Of a stretch of DNA of 64,000 nucleotides, positions 47,874 to 59,944 are shown piece after piece (the first letter of the stretch is position 1; every line of letters begins with the position of its first letter). This stretch comes from Dictyostelium discoideum. Taxonomy: Eukaryota. Made by a program: the position numbers and the translations under genes. The notes beneath the pieces were generated by a model that was not told where the DNA came from, made no database searches, and was given only the letters and a program-made list of their open reading frames with translations. Location of the stretch: the NCBI GenBank assembly GCA_000004695.1, contig CM000151.3, positions 7,392,001 to 7,456,000 of the forward strand, written 5' to 3'.

Positions 47874-50800
47874 TTATTTTAAAGTGGAGGGGAAATAATT
47901 TGTTCTTTGATTGGTAACAACGGCAATCAAATTTTCATTGACACCTGATGTGGATTTTGAAATTGCACAAGTTAAGAAATGACAAAATTTACATTTAAAT
48001 AAATTCCAATCATTGTTTTGTTGTATGTTTTGATTTTGCTGTTGTTGTTGTTGTTGCTTTGATTTACTATTATTTGAATTATTATTATTATTATTATTAA
48101 TATTATTACTGTTATTATTATAAACAATTTCAATTGAAGATCTTTCATAATCACCAACAACATTAATAATATTAGTATAACCCCAAGCTAAATAATTTAA
48201 ATTATTATATCCATGAAGTTTTTTCATATCACCTAAAAAGTTTGAACAACCGATTATATGATTTGGACAATCCAAATCAGAGCCAGGAGTGCAACAACAT
48301 TTTTTTGGGTTTGAGTATTTTCTATTATCGAATGGAGTTAACAAAGTGAAAGAACAAGCACCACAAAGACATTGAAAAAGGGTTGAATTTGTTTCACCAC
48401 CTCCCCATTCAGAGAGACCTTTAAAGTTTCTTCTTTGTTTACCCCAACGACAAAGTTGTTCAACGAAACCAGTATTTGGAGAGATAATGTAACGACAATC
48501 TCTAACGAGAATGAATGCTTCAAAATAACTAATGGAACGTGAATCCATAAAGTAACCAATTGCCAAGGCAGATGAACGAGAAACACCTTTATCAGAGCAA
48601 ATTAAAACTTTACCATGATGAACGATAGCATCACGAATGAAATCAAAAGCCAATGATAATGATTGAGTGATATCTTGATGAGGTTGGTCATGAAGTTGTA
48701 AATGAAGATACTCGAAATGGTCTGGGAAAGCATTTGGAGAACCAGTGCAATTGATAATATGAGTGATTTGATATTCATTGATTAACATGTTTTTATTCAT
48801 TGAGGGATTAAAAGAGGAGATATACATAAACGAGGCAACTTTTGATGGTCTATCCATATAGAAACGATGTTCAGGAAACTCTGCAGCTTCATAGGGCATT
48901 TCCAAAGTTGATTTATCTCCATCTACCATTAGACTACCCACTTTGATTGGATTATTAGCATTGTAACTATGTGGCAAGAAACGACCTGGAGTATAGTGAC
49001 CAGTGAATTTAATACTCTTTGCCTTATAGCTTGTACCATCACCACCATTATAGTATTGTTTTGGTTTCTCGACGGTATTCATTTGATTTGACATATGACC
49101 ATCTAATTTCTTTTTCAATTGTTCCCATTGTGATAGGATGGTTGGTTTAATTGCAATGAATTTAGTTAACAAATCTCTTAGAGTTGGACGATAGAAAGGA
49201 TCACGAATGAATACATAATCCAAATAATCTAAAATGGCAGGAATATTTGCAACCTTTGATTTTCTTTCGGGTGTAATAAGTTCTTGACCAGGTTGAGTGA
49301 CACGAATAAAGAATTTAACCCAATCATCGTCGTAAAAGAGAAAATCACCAGTTAACAATTCATAGAAAAGACAACCCAATGACCAAACATCACTTGCAGT
49401 ATTTGAACCAACTTTTTTACGTCTATCAAAATTTTCACGAGTCTTTTGAGAAGCGTATGCAATTGTGAGCATTTCTGGTGATTTTATAAACTCGGTACCA
49501 CGATTTCTAGTTGTATAACCTTCTACGTCTTGAGTGTAAACTTTAGCTTCACCCCAATCGGCTAAACAAACTGCAAAGTTTGGATCATTGGTTGGTTGAT
49601 TCCAAAAGTCCTCTTCTATGGTACCTTTTTTCAATGGATGTACCAAAAAGTTATCACATTTAATATCGAAATGATTGATTTTATGATCACCTAAAAATTG
49701 AACACTTTGAAGTACATTGGTAAATATATTTAAAAGTAGTGGTAATAATTCTAAAAATGGTAAAGTTTGTTTTAATCTCCACTCTTTTAGACTACATTTA
49801 TAAGATTTCATTACTATCCAATAGTTTTCACCATCGACACCATAATCAAACATATGACAACCTCTTGAATCACTTCTAAATGTATCCATAATTAAAATCT
49901 CTGTGAAAATATCATAAAGTACACAACGGTCATGAATTGTTTTTGGAACAGGCATTAGTTTTACAGCGATTTCCAAACCTTCATCATTACCCAATGTACC
50001 TTTGTACACTGTACCATAGGCACCCTTTGCAACACGTTTTAAATCTTTAAAAAGATTGGAATGATATAGTCTACTAAAGAGTAACTTTAAAATTCTAAAA
50101 TGATTTGGACCCATTTCATGAGTTCTCTTTGTTAACTCTGGTATGATCTTCTCATTATCTTGATGATTAATATGTAAATGAAGAATGAAAGGTACATTCA
50201 ATTTCTTTGCAACAATTGGGAATTGATCGGAATAAAGATGTTCAAGAGTTTGGTTTGAATTTAATAATAAACTGAAAATTAATTGAAGTAATGAAATATG
50301 TAAATCCCTATCATGATAGAGTTTACGATTATTTCTCTCCAATTGATAACGTTGATTTTCATTGAAAATTTCATTTTCTGTTGGTTCAATCATTTGTTCA
50401 CTATCACGATCAGATGGTGTTAACGATTGTGATGGATTATCCAATACCAATTGAAATTTAGGATCTTGTGGATCAATCTTTTGTTCAATTGATGATAATA
50501 CACCAGTACCAGCTTGTTTAGTATCTTCTTCTGATCTAATTTTAATTGCTGGTAATACTAATTTTGGTATTAAAATTGGTGGTTTTGAACTTGAAATATT
50601 AATTGGACTATTTGATAATTTTGGTAAATTTATTTCATTGTTGTTGGAAGCAATAGTATTATTACTATTATTTATTGGTGGTGGTGTTGTTGTAGTTGTT
50701 GTTGTTGTTGTTGAACCTCCTTTACTTATTGATCCTAAATTTAATGATTTAATTATTGGTTTTGATATTGGTTGGTTTGGTTGTGATGGTGGTACAGTTT

Positions 50801-51761
50801 CAGTTGATGATGAACTTTTACTTAATGATGATAAATTTAAAGAAAATTGTGGTTTTCCTGTTGGTGTTGTAGTAGTTGTTGTTGTTGTTGAGTTGCTATT
50901 GTTAGTGGTTGTTGGAATATTTTTTAAATTTAAAAGATTTGGTGTTGAAGTTGATGCTTGTCCAGTTTTACTAACTGATGATAAGTTCAATGAGAATTTT
51001 GGTTTGGGTGGAGCAGGTAATGGTGGTTCTGTGGAAACAGATCCTATAGTTGTAGTTGTAGTTGATGTTGATGTTGATGATGTAGAATCTATTATTGTTG
51101 AGGCTGGAACTGTTGTAAGTGATGTTGTAGTTGAATTTGATGATGATGATGATGATGATATAGTTGTTGTAGTTAAATTTGATGATGAAGTTGAAGCTGG
51201 AGAACCTTTACTTATAGATGATAAATTCAAAGAGAATTTTGGTTTAATTAGAGGATTTGAAGAAACTCCTGTAGTTGGTGGAGTAGATGCCAAAGTTGAT
51301 GGAGTGGATATCAAAGTTGATGGTGATGATGTTGAAGAACCACTATCAATTTTAGGTTGAAGTGATAATTTTGGAATTACAGGAGGTGAACTTGTATTAT
51401 TGTTGTTACTACTATTGTCGGTTTTAGTGATTCCACTTAAATTTAAACCAAGATTTAATTTTGTACCTGGTGTAGCTAATTTAGGAATGGTAGGTGGACC
51501 ACCAGTTTTAATTGGTGTTGTAGAATTTGTGTTTGTAGTTGTAGTTGTTTTAGTTGTAGTAGTAGTTGTTGTTGTTGTTGTTGTTGATAATGATAATGAA
51601 GATGAAGTTGAGGAAGAGGATGATGTATCATCTGAACTATTTGCAAAAAATGGAATTGATGATAATGGTTTTAAAAATTGATCTTTATTTTGTTTTATTT
51701 CATATTCCAAATTAACTTCTCTAACTAAGAAATCCATTGTTCTTAATTGATAAAATTTCAT
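47874..51761 (-). CDS. Protein kinase with a C-terminal dual-specificity-phosphatase-like (CX5R) domain and a Cys-rich tail; long Ser/Thr-rich N-terminal region
   Basis: The kinase motifs are VAKGAYGTVYKG (Gly loop), IAVKLM, HFDIKCDNFLV (catalytic loop), LADWGEA (DFG variant) and SDVWSLGCLFYELLTG. The phosphatase-like region VLICSDKGVSRSSALAIGYFM fits CX5R(S/T), but the usual His before Cys is Ile. Confidence 0.7.
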   Translation of the reverse strand: MKFYQLRTMDFLVREVNLEYEIKQNKDQFLKPLSSIPFFANSSDDTSSSSSTSSSLSLSTTTTTTTTTTTKTTTTTNTNSTTPIKTGGPPTIPKLATPGTKLNLGLNLSGITKTDNSSNNNNTSSPPVIPKLSLQPKIDSGSSTSSPSTLISTPSTLASTPPTTGVSSNPLIKPKFSLNLSSISKGSPASTSSSNLTTTTISSSSSSSNSTTTSLTTVPASTIIDSTSSTSTSTTTTTIGSVSTEPPLPAPPKPKFSLNLSSVSKTGQASTSTPNLLNLKNIPTTTNNSNSTTTTTTTTPTGKPQFSLNLSSLSKSSSSTETVPPSQPNQPISKPIIKSLNLGSISKGGSTTTTTTTTTPPPINNSNNTIASNNNEINLPKLSNSPINISSSKPPILIPKLVLPAIKIRSEEDTKQAGTGVLSSIEQKIDPQDPKFQLVLDNPSQSLTPSDRDSEQMIEPTENEIFNENQRYQLERNNRKLYHDRDLHISLLQLIFSLLLNSNQTLEHLYSDQFPIVAKKLNVPFILHLHINHQDNEKIIPELTKRTHEMGPNHFRILKLLFSRLYHSNLFKDLKRVAKGAYGTVYKGTLGNDEGLEIAVKLMPVPKTIHDRCVLYDIFTEILIMDTFRSDSRGCHMFDYGVDGENYWIVMKSYKCSLKEWRLKQTLPFLELLPLLLNIFTNVLQSVQFLGDHKINHFDIKCDNFLVHPLKKGTIEEDFWNQPTNDPNFAVCLADWGEAKVYTQDVEGYTTRNRGTEFIKSPEMLTIAYASQKTRENFDRRKKVGSNTASDVWSLGCLFYELLTGDFLFYDDDWVKFFIRVTQPGQELITPERKSKVANIPAILDYLDYVFIRDPFYRPTLRDLLTKFIAIKPTILSQWEQLKKKLDGHMSNQMNTVEKPKQYYNGGDGTSYKAKSIKFTGHYTPGRFLPHSYNANNPIKVGSLMVDGDKSTLEMPYEAAEFPEHRFYMDRPSKVASFMYISSFNPSMNKNMLINEYQITHIINCTGSPNAFPDHFEYLHLQLHDQPHQDITQSLSLAFDFIRDAIVHHGKVLICSDKGVSRSSALAIGYFMDSRSISYFEAFILVRDCRYIISPNTGFVEQLCRWGKQRRNFKGLSEWGGGETNSTLFQCLCGACSFTLLTPFDNRKYSNPKKCCCTPGSDLDCPNHIIGCSNFLGDMKKLHGYNNLNYLAWGYTNIINVVGDYERSSIEIVYNNNSNNINNNNNNNSNNSKSKQQQQQQQNQNIQQNNDWNLFKCKFCHFLTCAISKSTSGVNENLIAVVTNQRTNYFPSTLK

Positions 51762-51855
51762 TGATATCTTATCATTTTTACTTTATTAAAAATAATAATT
51801 ATTAGTATGTTTGAAGACAGAGAAAAAAAAATAATAATAATAATAATAATTTTAC

Positions 51856-52335
51856 TTACTTTACAGAAAAAGAAATTAAAATATTTAAAAATAATCTACA
51901 TAATGTTAAAGTTGCTTGATCAAAAATATAATTATTATATAATTTAATGAAACTTATATAAATATAACTAATATATGAATCAATATATAATTTCTTTTTA
52001 GTGAATGGATTCTTTTTGAAAAGGAAAACATGATTTAAAAATTTAAGCATTTGTTTCTTTACATTAAAATGAGTAAAGAAATTGTTTGATTGTAAAAATG
52101 GTAAAATTACACCATTCCCTTGTGGTAATAATAAAAATTCCATTTTTTTTAATAAATCTGGTATTTCATTTTCATTTGTTGTTGTTGTTGTTGAATTAGT
52201 TCCTGTTGTTGTTGATGATGTTGATGTTGATGTTGGATTAGTTCCTGCTGTTGTTGTTGATGATGAATTTGTTTGACTTGAAGTTGGTGTATTTAAATTA
52301 TTTGCTAAATTACCACTACTTCCACTATTATTTGA

Positions 52336-52413
<78 letters not shown>

Positions 52414-54433
52414 TATATTATTTATATTATTATTATTACAATTATGTTGATTATATAATTTATTTTCTTGTTGTTTTTTAAATTTAAATTTTAACATTTT
52501 AACACAAATTGAAAAATGTTTAATTGAACGACAACGAAATTCAGTTAAACGAATTTTATTTTGATCATTTGGATAACATTTTGAGAATTCTCTTTCGATT
52601 GATTCATTTGTAAGAATTTGAATTGTATATTGTTTAATGAATTGAAAAGTTTCATCACGTTCTAAAAATATTGAAATGAATAAATCATTGATTGGTGAAC
52701 TTTTATTTTGTTTAATGATTTCATCGAATACGGTCAATAGATAATGAATGATATGAATGTCTTTAACTCTATCCGATGTGATTGGACCACGAAATATACT
52801 ATGTTTTACTTTTAACAATGATTCAATACAAACGTCAACCACTTGAGATGAAAGAATTCTTGAGGGACAATTCTCCATATACTCTGAGAGTATGCAAAGT
52901 TGATATTCCATATCATCAAAGGTAAAAGTTTCCAACATATTTGAGATACTAGAATTGATTCTCCATAAGAGTAAATCCAATTTCTTTCTAAATGATGCTT
53001 TTCTCTCTAACCCCATACCTTTGGTAACGTCCCTCCAACGATTACGATGAATATACTCTACATAATCTGACCAATGACTTGCCAATTTATAAAACAAGGT
53101 TAAATGATCCTTATCAGATGGAATGATACCTTTGTGAAGTAATATCGATTCAGAGTATAATATGTTTATTGGGTTATTACCATACTGTAACAACATTAAA
53201 TTATTTGATGTCGATGAGATCAATGTCTTTAGAATATTACATCTAACTTTGTATAGATTTAACTCTGAAAATGAAGATTGTTGTTGATTTACCATTGATA
53301 ATGCTGCTGTGTTTTTACTTGAAATCGGTGGTATATCATATCTTCTTGAAGGTATTGAACGTTTTGATTGTTTGTGTGATTCAATTGCTTGTTTATATGA
53401 TATCAATGCTGTAAGATCTGCTGTCATATAGGTTTCACCCAATTTAATTGCTAAATCACTCAATTCTTTAGATGCACTAGTTTCAATTTTCAATTCACCT
53501 TGATGTGATCTTGTTGAATTGGATGCATCATCTCTTCTTCTACTTGATCTTGTATTTCTTGTACTATTTTCAACACGTACTGGTAAATTTAAACGTGGTA
53601 CAATTGATTTCGATATACCACCACCACCACTACCACCTCCACCACCACCACCAATTCCACCCATTGAAAGCATTGGAACTTTACTAATTGATCCACCACT
53701 AGTTGCACTATTTGGTGTATTATTTGGATGGATTTGATTTACATTATTATTATTTATACTATTTGATAATGGTAATGGTGGTACTCTTGATGTTATTGAT
53801 GGTGTTGATATCGTTGGTGTTGATATTGTTGTTGTTGTTGTTGTTGTTGCTGCCGCTGTTGAATTATTTGAATTTAAAGATGCTACAGTTGAAGAAATTA
53901 ATGGACTATCCATTGGGCTACTAGTATTACTATCATTATTATTATTATTATTATTGCCTCTATTTCTATTAAATAATGGTGGAGTTTGATATAAACTTGG
54001 ATTATGATAATGTAAACTTTGAATTTGACCAATTGAGGTTGGTTTTGGATTGTTTGATGGTGGATTGGTAGATGTTGAAATTGGTGATGTTACAGATGAT
54101 GGTAAATTTGGTGTTGGTGCTGGTGTTATATTTGTACTATTTACATTGTTATTATTATTTGTTATTGTAGATATTGGTGATAAAATTGAGGTTGGTGTTG
54201 TAACATCCCCACTCTTTGTATTTGATTGTTGTATTATTGTATTATTATTATTATTACTAGTAGTTGATTGTTGATGTTGTTGAAAAAGTGGTGGTCTTGG
54301 TATTGGTACACTTGTTAATAAATTCTCAAAAGTGAAACCTTGTGGTGGAGGTGGTGGTACACCATCATCCCAACAAGGTATCTGTATGGATTGAAATTCA
54401 TGTATATTAAGTTTTTGTTGCTGTTGTTGCTGC

Positions 54434-54520
<87 letters not shown>

Positions 54521-55353
54521 GAATTTTGTTTTTGTTGTTGTTTTCCTAAAGTTTTTGTTGGTGAAGAATTTGAAGTAGTTGAAGATGTAGTTGATGCTGT
54601 AGATGCTGTTGTTGCAGATGATGACGATGATGATGACGATGATTGTAAAGGACTTGATGTTGATGTTGGTATAGATGATGATGAATTTGATAATTGCTGT
54701 TGTGATTGTTGCACAACTGGTGTTGAATTTATATGTATAGAAGGATCAACTTTAAATTTTATATTTGATAAAGCTAATGAACATTTATAATAAATTTCTA
54801 ATAATTTTGGTATGCATAAATCTTCAATAAAAATCTTTAATTTTTTTATTAATACAAAATTACTTTTTTTTTTTTTTTTGTTGTTTTTTTATTTTAATTA
54901 AAATACATACAGATCTTAAAGGATAAAAAGAAATAATTTTTGTTAAGACATCAGAAATACCAATACATTCAATGTCATTATAAAGATGAGAAATGATTTG
55001 TTTACAAAATAAACGTGATGCATCATGTGAATTATCGATGAGTTGTTGGCAAATCTCTATGATTACATCATTTTTTATAGAGTTTTTACCACAATAACAT
55101 AGACATTGTATTAATATTGTTATACCACCTTGAGTTATACAATGATTCTTTTCTGTACTATCCAATAATTTTATCTTTTCTTTTAAAACAATTAATGATT
55201 CTAATAGTTGATTACTTCTTTCATTTGATTCATGATTATGTGTTGTTGATGTTGTTGTTGTTGTTGTGGTGGTGGTGGTGGTTGTTGTAGTTAATGATGA
55301 TGTTGATACATTATTCTTTGATTTAATTAAAATATTTAAAGATGAGAATAACT

Positions 55354-55387
<34 letters not shown>

Positions 55388-55612
55388 ATAGAAAAAATAA
55401 AAAGAAAAGGAAAAAAGTTTGAAATTTGGGGGGTTAATGTTTCCTATTATTTTTTTTTTTATTTTTTTTTTTAATTCTATCTTTTTATTTTTTTTTTTTT
55501 TTAATAAAAAAATTTTAAACATAATATCTTACATCTTCAATATCAAGCATATACTGTTTTTGTTTATGTGGTGTAATTGAAAGTGCACGATGCTTTCTAG
55601 ATCTTTCCATCA
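51856..55612 (-). CDS. Large low-complexity protein of unknown function. Proposed structure is exon 1 at 55532..55612, an intron, exon 2 from ~55347 down to 54863, then the long ORF 51856..54714. The frame is broken by 1 nt inside an A16 homopolymer at 54863-54878.
   Basis: Exon 1 reads MMERSRKHRALSITPHKQKQYMLDIED, followed by a GTAAGA donor. A ccAG acceptor precedes LFSSLNILIKSKNNVS...NHCITQGGITILIQCLCYCG...KIKKQQKKKKK, then a stop. The reading frame shifted by +1 stays open from directly after that stop (...NFVLIKKLKIFIEDLCIPKLLEIYY...) into the 952-aa ORF. The track's start for that ORF is GTG. Poly-Q/CAA repeats lie at 54420-54530. Confidence 0.45.
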
Positions 55613-56699
55613 TATTATCAGGTTGGATGTAGATGATGATTAAAGATTGTGATGTATGTTATTTTAATTTAAAGTTTCATATATATTCTATTTATATATA
55701 AGTTACTAATATACAATTATTTATATAATACAATTTTATCAAAAACACCTTTTTTTTTTTTTTTTTTGTGTTGGTTTTGGGTGAATTTTTAAAAGAAATT
55801 AATTTAAAAAAAAAAAATAAAAAAAAAAATAAAAATTAAAAAAAAAATAAAAAAAAAATAAAAAAATTGATTTTGTTTTAATTTTTTATTTTTTTTTTTT
55901 TAGATTAATATGAAAATCAATAAAAAATTTTAAGGGCATTTTCAGATAAATATAAGTGATCAAATTTTTTTTTTAGATTGACTGAAAATAATTATAAAAA
56001 AAAAAAAAAAAAAAATTTGGTTTCAAGATATTAAACAATTATTTTTTATTTTATAAACAAATAATAATTTAAATAAAACTAAAAATTATTAATTTCCAAA
56101 AATGTATTTTTTTAAACAATTTTTTTTTTATTTTCATTTTTTTTTTTTTTTTTTTTTCATTTTCTATAATTATTTGATTTAATTATTTTTTTTATAGCGA
56201 TTTAAAATAAATACTTTAAAAAAAAAAAAAATTAGAAAAAAATTGAAATCAAATCACAATCATTGAAATAGTGGTCATAGTTTAATTTACTTTTTTTAAA
56301 ATTTTTTATAATTCATTTATTTTTAGAATATTTTGTAGAATGAGACTAAAGTGGTAATTATTTTCTTTTTTTAAATTTTTTTTTTTTTTTTTTTTTCCAT
56401 ACACGAAATTATATTGGAAAAAAAAAATTTGTAAAAAATTCTACAACTACAATGATAAAATAATTGTATGGAATTAAGATTTTAAACACCCAAATTTATC
56501 ATAATAACACACTAATCCACTAACAAAAAAATAAAAAAAAAAAAAAATAAAATTGATTTATTGTTTGATTTTACAAAATTTGATAAATTGTAAAAAAAAA
56601 AAAAAAAAAAAAAAATTTTGTGTGTGATAGTTTGTGAAAAATTATTTGAAATTAAAATAATATTATAATATATATTAGAAAAATGTTGTATCTTTAATT

Positions 56700-56960
56700 A
56701 TTTTTCATACTAGTGTGTTAAATGAATTAAAGTGTGGTAATGAATAAATGAAAAAAAAAAAAAAATTAAAGTGAGAGAGTGTGTAAAAGTGGTAATGAAT
56801 GTGTGTTTGAGTGTGTTAAAAATGTGTTTACAAAATATAATAATTTAAATTCATTCATATTCAACTATGGAGAAAGCGTGTTTTCAAACACAATAAATGT
56901 GTAATAAAAAATACAATTAAATAATTATTTAATTTTTTGTGTGATTAAAAAAAAAAGAGT
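56700..56960. promoter_or_regulatory. Cluster of GT/CA-rich (CAE / G-box-like) elements about 350-600 bp upstream of the cotA-like gene
   Basis: 'tagtgtgttaaatg', 'agtgtggtaatg', 'gtgagagagtgtgtaaaagtggtaatgaatgtgtgtttgagtgtgttaaaaatgtgttt', 'caaacacaat', 'gtgtgatt' and 'gtgccaccctcaaac' are the only GC-containing islands in the AT-rich intergenic region. Confidence 0.5.
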
Positions 56961-57283
56961 AAATTAGTAGTGCCACCCTCAAACAATTATAATAATAATT
57001 AAATAATATTAATATTTATTTAATTTTTTTATTTAATTTTTTTTCAAAACAATTCATAATATAAAATTATTCTTTTTTTTTTTTTTTTTTTTTTTTAAAA
57101 ATATTCAACTCGGTGATAATAATAATAAAAATAATAACAATAATAAGGAATTATAATCAAATAATAATATAGCTATAATCTATAATTACTATAGTAAAAT
57201 TACGTATACATATATAAATAATTATTATTATCATTGTTTTTAAAAATAAATAAATAAATAATAAAAAAAAAAAAAAAAAAAAA

Positions 57284-59310
57284 ATGAGAGTATTACTTGT
57301 ATTAGTTGCATGTTTAACATATTTTAGTGGTGGTGCATTAGCACAATGTAAGTTCCTTGAATTAAATAAAAAATAAAAAAACAAATAAAAAATTAAAGGA
57401 TTGAAAAAAAAAAAAAAACCAATTAGATTAAGTTTTTGGAAAAAAAAGTTAAAAAAAAAAAAAAATGAATCAAATAATAAAAACAATAATAATAAACATA
57501 ATTAGAATAAAAATATAGAAAAAAATCTAACTTAAATATATTTTTTTTTTTTTTTTTTTTTTCTAATATAGCATGTTCTTCATATTCTGGTGACAATTGT
57601 CCAAGTACTTGTTTCCAAGGATCATATGATATCCCATGTGGTGCACAAGTTAAATATTGTACAGAAATGAAAGATAATTGTGGAGAAGGTGGTGATGTTA
57701 AATGTTGGAAAGATGGTAGTAATCTCCCAGTCCAAACATGGAGTTCATGTGTTCCAAGTGAATTATTTGGTCCAAATGGTAAATTTAAACCAAGTGAAAT
57801 ACCAAATTCTTCAAATTGTCCAACAAATTGTGAAAATGGTGTAGAATGGGTTAATTTATGTGGTTTATCTTGCGATGCTAAAACAGCATGTTGCCCAGAT
57901 GTTTGTCAATGTAAAGGTGGTCAAACAAGTGGTGGTTCAACAACTGGTTCACAAACAAGTGGTGGTTCAACAAGTGGTGGTTCAACAACTGGTTCACAAA
58001 CAAGTGGTGGTTCAACAACTGGTTCACAAACTAGTGGTTCACAAACAAGTGGTGGATCATGTTCAAATACTCAATGTCCAAATGGATTCTATTGCCAAGT
58101 TCAAGGAAATAATGCAGTATGTGTTCCACAACAATCATCAACCAGTGGTGGTCATCAAAATGATCCATGTGATACCGTTCAATGTCCATATGGTTACAGT
58201 TGTGAATCTAGAGATGGCTTTGAAGCTAAATGTACTAGAGATGAAGATGAACCAACTCATAGACCAACTCATAGACCAAAACCACCACACGACAGTGATA
58301 AATACCTCTGTGATAATGTCCACTGCCCAAGAGGATACAAATGTAATGCTAAAAATGGTGTTGCCAAATGTATTGCCGGTTATGAAATTCCAAGAGTATG
58401 TCGTAACATCCAATGTCCAACCGGTTACAGATGTGAAGATCACAACCGTAATCCAATCTGTGTTTTAGAAGAAAGAGAGAATCCAGATAATTGTTTAACT
58501 TGTAATGATGTTAACTGTGAAGCCTCTGGTTTAGTTTGTGTTATGACTCGTGCTAGATGTAAGGTCGGTGCTGCTAAATGTTGTGATGTTCAACCAACTT
58601 GTATCAAACCATCAACCATCGCAGGCTCAACCATCGCTTCAATTGCTTCTACTATTGCTTCAACTGGTTCAACTGGTGCTACTTCACCATGTTCCGTTGC
58701 TCAATGTCCAACTGGTTATGTTTGTGTCGCTCAAAATAATGTAGCTGTTTGTTTGCCAAGACCTACCACTACCACCGGTAGCACATCTGACTCGTCTGCC
58801 CTTGGTTCAACCTCTGAAAGCTCTGCCTCTGGTTCCTCTGCTGTTTCAAGCTCTGCCTCTGGTTCTTCTGCTGCTTCATCTTCACCATCATCATCTGCTG
58901 CAAGCTCTTCTCCATCTTCATCTGCTGCAAGCTCTTCTCCATCTTCATCTGCTGCAAGCTCTTCCCCATCTTCATCTGCATCATCAAGCTCTTCCCCATC
59001 TTCATCTGCATCATCAAGCTCTGCCCCATCTTCATCTGCATCATCAAGCTCTGCTCCATCTTCATCTGCATCATCTTCATCTGCATCATCTTCATCTGCA
59101 TCATCTGCAGCAACTACAGCTGCAACTACAATTGCAACTACAGCTGCAACTACAACTGCAACTACAACCGCAACCACAGCTACAACCACAGCCACAACCA
59201 CAGCTACAACCACAGCTGCAACCATAGCTACAACCACAGCTGCAACTACAACTGCAACTACAACCGCAACCACAGCTACAACCACAGCTACAACCACAGC
59301 TACCTCTTAA
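57284..59310 (+). CDS. cotA: Spore coat protein SP96-like (cotA-like): signal peptide, Cys-rich CPxGYxCE repeats, long Ser/Ala/Thr-rich C-terminal tail; join(57284..57347,57572..59310)
   Basis: Exon 1 reads MRVLLVLVACLTYFSGGALAQ, followed by a GTAAGT donor. A tatAG acceptor at 57570-57571 joins in frame (total ~600 aa). Repeats include QCPNGFYCQ, QCPYGYSCES, HCPRGYKCNA, QCPTGYRCED and QCPTGYVCVA. The C-terminal (SSSAASSSP)n and (TTAA)n tracts match what I recall of SP96. The symbol is from memory and unverified. Confidence 0.55.
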
Positions 59311-59877
59311 ATTTAATCAAAAAACATTTTTTATCAAGTATCACTACAATAATAATTTTAATAATAATAGTATCAAAAAATGATATTAAAAATCCCCTTT
59401 TTTTCTCTATAATTTTTAAATTAAATATAAAATAAATAAAAAAAAAAAAAAAATCTCCAAGTTTCAAAAAAAAATTTTATTTTTATTTTTTATTGATAGG
59501 TATAATATTAATTTTTAAAAAGTAATATTATTTATAAATAAATAATTTTTAAAAAGTGATATTATTTATAAATAAATAATTTTTAAATTTTAAAATTGTA
59601 AACTTGAGAGATATAAAAAAAAATTTAATATTTTTTTTTTTAAAATAAAATTATAAAATAAATAAAAATTAAAAATTAAAAAGTCTGATTTAAAAATTTA
59701 AAGTCTTGTAAAAAAAAAATATTTTTTTATAACCTTTTTATTATTTTAATTTTTTTTATTTTATTTTTTTTATTTATTTTTTATTTTTCACTTTTTTTTT
59801 TTTTTTTTTTTATAAATGGTGGTTAATTAAAGTTTATTGATCAAAAGTTTAATAATAATAATAATAAAAAAAAAAAA

Positions 59878-59943
<66 letters not shown>

Positions 59944-59944
<1 letters not shown>

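Noticed and set aside
50638-51681. Plus-strand ORFs (240 aa, 93 aa) rich in V/D/G
   Set aside because: They are antisense to the Ser/Thr-rich N-terminal coding region of the kinase-DUSP gene. Their composition simply mirrors the low-complexity TCA/ACA repeats.
52082-54522. Multiple short + ORFs (poly-L, poly-Y, V/D-rich)
   Set aside because: They are antisense readings of CAA/AAT repeats (poly-Q/poly-N) in the large minus-strand gene.
58731-59297. 188-aa minus ORF (VVAVVVAVV..., DDADEDGAELD) and several + ORFs rich in L/H/Q at 57860-59227
   Set aside because: These are alternative-frame and antisense readings of the Ser/Ala/Thr-rich C-terminal repeats of the cotA-like gene.
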